This document shows, piece after piece, positions 42,651 through 46,458 of a stretch of 46,458 nucleotides of DNA. How positions within the stretch are numbered: the first letter of the stretch is position 1; each line of letters begins with the position of its first letter. The notes under the pieces were generated by a model that was not told the DNA's origin, did no database searches, and worked only from the letters and a program-made list of their open reading frames with translations. The position numbers and the translations under genes were made by a program. Source of the DNA: an uncultured Gammaproteobacteria bacterium. Lineage in GTDB: Bacteria > Patescibacteriota > Patescibacteriia > Patescibacteriales > UBA12465. The stretch is taken from positions 308 to 46,765 of the forward strand of contig CAZFUP010000002.1 of the NCBI GenBank assembly GCA_964522055.1, in the 5' to 3' direction.

Positions 42651-43580
42651 ATGTCTAAAAAAAGGATTTTATATTCTTTAATCTTAATATTTTTCTTGTT
42701 TACCGCCTCAATTTTATTTTTTTCTAAAGAAAAGGAAAGGGAAGATGAAAAAAACTTAAAGGTGGTCACAACTATCTTTCCTTTATACGATATCGCTAAA
42801 AACATTGGCGGAGATGAAGTTGAAGTTTCAATGCTTCTTGACCCAGGGCTTGAAGCTCATTCTTTTGAGCCAACGCCTAGCGATATGATAGAAATAAACA
42901 AAGCTGATATTTTCATCTATACTGGACCATTTATGGAAATATGGGCAGAGAGAGTTATTAGTGCAGCCGATAATCCAAATATTTTAGTAATAAGCGCTAG
43001 TGAGTCTATTGAACTTTTGGAAGAAGAGGATGAATCTGGACACAAACATGAAGAGGGTGACCCTCATATTTGGCTTGATTTTGATAATTTAAAAATAATG
43101 CTTGAAAATATTAAAGATGGGTTTATAGAAAAAGGACTTAATGAAGAAAACGTTCAAAAAAGAGCAAATGAATATGAAAAGGCGATTAATGATATAGACG
43201 AGGCTTATTTTCAATACTTATCTAACTGCAAAACTCGCACTCTTGTCTATGGTGGCCATTATGCCTTTGCTTATCTTGCCAAAAGATACAATCTTTCATA
43301 CCAATCAGCTTATGGCTTATCACCTAATTCAGAGCCAAGCGCATTAAAGTTAACCGAACTTACTGAGCAAATAAAAGATAATAATTTAAAATATATCTTT
43401 CACGAAGAGTTATTAAACCCTCTCTTAAGTGAAACTCTGCGCCAAGAAACGGGAGTGAAAATTTTAAATTTAAGCGCAGCGCATAATTTAAGTCGAGAAG
43501 ATTTAGATGCTAATAAATCCCTTTTTCAAGTTTTACTAGAAAATCTAAAAAGCTTACAAACGGGGCTTGAATGCTACTAA
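42651..43580 (+). CDS. Metal ABC transporter substrate-binding protein (ZnuA/TroA family)
   Basis: Signal anchor, then LKVVTTIFPLYDIAKNIGGD, HSFEPTP, an acidic/His loop EEEDESGHKHEEGDPHIWLD, and FHEE. Confidence 0.85.
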   Translation: MSKKRILYSLILIFFLFTASILFFSKEKEREDEKNLKVVTTIFPLYDIAKNIGGDEVEVSMLLDPGLEAHSFEPTPSDMIEINKADIFIYTGPFMEIWAERVISAADNPNILVISASESIELLEEEDESGHKHEEGDPHIWLDFDNLKIMLENIKDGFIEKGLNEENVQKRANEYEKAINDIDEAYFQYLSNCKTRTLVYGGHYAFAYLAKRYNLSYQSAYGLSPNSEPSALKLTELTEQIKDNNLKYIFHEELLNPLLSETLRQETGVKILNLSAAHNLSREDLDANKSLFQVLLENLKSLQTGLECY

Positions 43581-43586
43581 TATCTT

Positions 43587-44327
43587 ATGGAAAATATATT
43601 AGAGATAAAAAACCTTAGTTTTAGCTACGATTATCTGCCAATAATAGATAATGTTTCTTTTAATGTTCAAAGAGGTGATTTTATTGCTTTAGCTGGACCT
43701 AATGGAGCAGGAAAAACAACTTTGGTAAAGTTAATGCTATTTTTAGAAGAAGCTCAGAAAGGAAAAATAAAGATATTTGGTGAAAAAGAAAAAGATAAAA
43801 TACCTTGGGATAAGATAGGCTATCTAGCACAAAGAAACAATCTTTTTAATCCACTTTTTCCAGCTAAAGTCAAAGAAGTTATAGGGCTAGGTCTTTTTTC
43901 TAAAAAAAGAATATCAAATAAAAATAACCAAGAAAAAATAAATCATATTTTAGATTTATTAGATATAAAAGATTTAAAAAATAAAACAATAAATGAACTC
44001 TCCGGCGGCCAACAACAGAAAGTGTTTTTAGGTCGGGCACTTATATCTGATCCTGAATTATTAATCATGGATGAACCAAGTACAGCCCTTGATCCAAAAA
44101 CAAAAAATAATTTTTTTAAATTAATAAAAAGATTAAATAAAGAAAAAAGAGTAACTATTATTATGATTACTCACGACACTGCTCAAGCTGGAGAATATGC
44201 CGAAAAACTTTTATATTTAGAGAAAAAAATTATTTTTTTTGGAAAATTTTCTGATTTCTGTAAATCACCAGAAATGGAAAAATACTTTGGACACTTTACT
44301 CAGCATTTAATTTGTCACCAGCACTAA
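43587..44327 (+). CDS. Metal ABC transporter ATP-binding protein (ZnuC-like)
   Basis: Walker A GPNGAGKTT, signature LSGGQQQ, Walker B LLIMDEP, and H-loop ITHD. Confidence 0.9.
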   Translation: MENILEIKNLSFSYDYLPIIDNVSFNVQRGDFIALAGPNGAGKTTLVKLMLFLEEAQKGKIKIFGEKEKDKIPWDKIGYLAQRNNLFNPLFPAKVKEVIGLGLFSKKRISNKNNQEKINHILDLLDIKDLKNKTINELSGGQQQKVFLGRALISDPELLIMDEPSTALDPKTKNNFFKLIKRLNKEKRVTIIMITHDTAQAGEYAEKLLYLEKKIIFFGKFSDFCKSPEMEKYFGHFTQHLICHQH

Positions 44328-44328
44328 T

Positions 44329-45132
44329 ATGAATATCACTGAATTGCTTAATTACCAATTTATTCAAAATGCTTATTTAGCCGGAACTTTTATTGCTCTG
44401 CTTTGCGCGGTATTAGGATTAATACTGGTTTTAAAAAAGCTATCGCTAATTGGCGACGGTTTAGCTCATGTTAGTTTTGGTGCTATCGCTTTAGGCCTAT
44501 TTTTTGGTTTTTATCCTTTTTACATTGCTATCCCGGTTGTAATTTTAGCTTCTTATCTTATTTGGCACCTTGAAAAAAGAAGTAAGCTATATGGTGATGC
44601 TGCTATTGGAATAGTTTCAGCTGTTGGCATAGCTAGTGGAGTAATTTTAGCTAGTATTTCTCGTGGTTTTAACATTGATCTTTTTAGTTATTTATTTGGA
44701 AATATTTTAGCAATTAGCCAAACAGAAGTTTTATTATCAATAATTTTATCTTTAATAGCCCTAACAATTATTATTATTTTTTATAGAAATTTATTTATCA
44801 CTACTTTTGATGAAGAATATGCTAAAACTAGAGGAATAAAAACAGATAAAATTAACTTGATATTAATGACCTTAACAGCCATTACCGTTGTTTTAGCAAT
44901 CAAAGTTGTGGGGATAATGCTAGTTTCCGCTTTACTTATCATGCCAGCTGCCAGCTCACTTCAAATAGCTAAAGGCTTTAAATCAGCTATTATCATTGCT
45001 GGTATAAATGCAGTTTTTTCAGTTTTAATTGGAATAACGGTTTCTTTTTATCTAGACATACCAGCTGGGGCAACTATTGTTATTATTAATTTTATCATAT
45101 TTATCTTCATGTTTTTGGGTAAGAAAATTTAA
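44329..45132 (+). CDS. Metal ABC transporter permease (ZnuB-like, ABC-3 family)
   Basis: About 8 TM segments. GLAHVSFGAIALG and FDEEYAKTRGI are typical of ABC-3 permeases. Confidence 0.85.
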   Translation: MNITELLNYQFIQNAYLAGTFIALLCAVLGLILVLKKLSLIGDGLAHVSFGAIALGLFFGFYPFYIAIPVVILASYLIWHLEKRSKLYGDAAIGIVSAVGIASGVILASISRGFNIDLFSYLFGNILAISQTEVLLSIILSLIALTIIIIFYRNLFITTFDEEYAKTRGIKTDKINLILMTLTAITVVLAIKVVGIMLVSALLIMPAASSLQIAKGFKSAIIIAGINAVFSVLIGITVSFYLDIPAGATIVIINFIIFIFMFLGKKI

Positions 45133-45152
45133 AAACATGGTATAATAATTTT

Positions 45153-46403
45153 ATGTTAGATGAAAAATTTCAAGATTTACTTAAACAAATATCTCGTTAT
45201 CCTAAAAAACGTTTAGATATTTTTAATAATATTAAATCTACCAAACAGAGAAATGTTATTTTAAATCTATCAAAATATGTCCAATATGACATTGTTTCAA
45301 AACTAAGCAATCAGGGGATAGTAGATCTTCTGCAAAATCTTGATATGGACGAGGCGGGAGATATTTTGCGTTTGCTACCAAGAAAAAGACAAAAAGAAAT
45401 TATTAAAACTTTAAATGATAATTTAAAAGCAGAAGTTTCTTTGCTTTTAAGTTTTGATCCTGAAACGGCCTTAGATTTAATAAACGTTAATTACATTCAA
45501 GTAGAACACGATGATACAATTTCTTCTGTTTCCGGGCAAGTAAAAACACATGAGAAAAGAACAGGGAAGCTGCCAACTATTTTGGTTATGAATAATGATA
45601 AATTAATTGGTAGCCTGCCTGGATATAATTTAGGATTAGCTCATCCGGAAGAAGAAGCCCGTCTTTATACAAAAAAAATAAAAACAGTTTCACAAAATAT
45701 TAGCACTGACAAACTTTTAGAGATATTTAGGAAAAACCCACGCAGCAAAGTAGTTGTTTTAAACGACAAAAAACACGTTCTTGGATTTATCTATTCTGAT
45801 GATGTTTTAAAGTTTCTTCATGAAAAAGATGCTTTAAATCTTTATGATTTTGCTGGTGTTAATAAAGAAGAATCTGTTTTTGATGCCGCTAAAACGAAGG
45901 TAAAATTTCGCTATAAATGGCTGATTATTAACTTAGGGACAGCTTTCTTAGCTTCTTTTACTGTTAGTTTATTTGAAGAAACTATTGCTAAATATGTTCT
46001 TTTAGCTATTTATATGCCTATTGTCGCTGGTATGGGTGGAAATTCAGCTACACAAACCTTAGCGGTAGTTGTAAGAGGAATATCTCTTAAACAAATTAAC
46101 CTAAAAACCATGTTTAGAACCCTTAAAAACGAACTGGGTGCTAGTTTTGTTAATGGTCTTATAAACGGCATATTAGTAGCTTCTATAGTTATAATAAAAG
46201 ACGGGGATTTAAAGTTAGCTTTAGTTTTAGCGCTAGCTATGATAGTAAATTTGGGCGTAGCTGCTTTTTTTGGAACAACAGTCCCTTTAATTATGAAAAG
46301 ACTTGGGAAAGATCCAGCTTCATCAGCAACAATTTTTATTACAACTGCAACCGATGTTTTGGGTTTTATTTCCTTTTTGGGTCTAGCAACAATTATTCTT
46401 TAG
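45153..46403 (+). CDS. mgtE: Magnesium transporter MgtE (full length: MgtE_N + CBS pair + membrane domain)
   Basis: LLQNLDMDEAGDILRLLPRKRQKEII (MgtE_N), a CBS region, then IYMPIVAGMGGNSATQT and DPASSATIFITTATDVLGFISFLGLA. Confidence 0.88.
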   Translation: MLDEKFQDLLKQISRYPKKRLDIFNNIKSTKQRNVILNLSKYVQYDIVSKLSNQGIVDLLQNLDMDEAGDILRLLPRKRQKEIIKTLNDNLKAEVSLLLSFDPETALDLINVNYIQVEHDDTISSVSGQVKTHEKRTGKLPTILVMNNDKLIGSLPGYNLGLAHPEEEARLYTKKIKTVSQNISTDKLLEIFRKNPRSKVVVLNDKKHVLGFIYSDDVLKFLHEKDALNLYDFAGVNKEESVFDAAKTKVKFRYKWLIINLGTAFLASFTVSLFEETIAKYVLLAIYMPIVAGMGGNSATQTLAVVVRGISLKQINLKTMFRTLKNELGASFVNGLINGILVASIVIIKDGDLKLALVLALAMIVNLGVAAFFGTTVPLIMKRLGKDPASSATIFITTATDVLGFISFLGLATIIL

Positions 46404-46426
46404 ATGTTTATAAAATTATAAAAGAA

Positions 46427-46455
46427 AAGGCGCTTTGTAGAGCGCCTTTTTTTTT
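46427..46455 (+). terminator. Rho-independent terminator
   Basis: ggcgct-ttgtag-agcgcc followed by T9. Confidence 0.8.
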
Positions 46456-46458
46456 AAA

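Noticed and set aside
1-46458. Alternative genetic code (UGA recoded as in Gracilibacteria/Absconditabacteria, or code 4).
   Set aside because: Under the standard code the window is already tiled by long, motif-complete ORFs with short gaps. No gene looks split at a TGA.
1-46458. CRISPR arrays, transposases, integrases or prophage genes.
   Set aside because: No regularly spaced direct repeats were seen. The only repetitive DNA is coding low-complexity sequence (E/K-rich linkers) and the LTD duplication. No recombinase-like ORF is present, including near tRNA-Gln and tRNA-Leu.

Overview
AT-rich (about one-third G+C by eye), very gene-dense bacterial chromosome window. It holds about 40 real CDS under the standard code. 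Stops are almost all TAA/TAG, with a single TGA. The content fits a small-genome Patescibacteria/CPR-type organism, but that placement is inference.

Gene content, left to right:
- A large amidoligase-like protein, an O-antigen-ligase/TPR fusion, and a 1300-aa secreted protein (papain-like, two lamin-tail domains, two LamG domains).
- RNase P RNA.
- A glycan-priming cluster (polyprenyl-phosphate sugar transferase plus two GT4), then mnmA.
- tRNA-Leu(CAA), parA-parB-dnaE, and an archaeal-type class I aldolase.
- A SEDS protein, rplY, and the rpmE-prfA-prmC string.
- A second glycan cluster: flippase, GT4, GT2, DUF192 and an O-antigen-ligase-like protein.
- greA, a DenV-like pyrimidine-dimer glycosylase, and tRNA-Gln(CTG).
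- lysS and a metal-transport block (short MgtE, ZnuABC-type ABC transporter, full-length MgtE).

The most interesting locus is 35278-38775, between tRNA-Gln and lysS. It is a compact cassette in which every gene has a nucleotide-handling fold:
- A CYTH domain protein and a MoaA/viperin-like radical SAM enzyme on the + strand.
- Divergent from these, a Gre/Rnk-like factor and a thymidylate-kinase-like P-loop kinase.
- An NT5C-like HAD nucleotidase downstream.
- A GC-rich palindrome lies between the divergent -35 boxes, and two of the promoters share a 15-nt element.

I read this as a candidate modified-nucleotide (antiviral or signalling) module that I cannot match to a described system. All family assignments come from motif recognition by eye, with no searches run.
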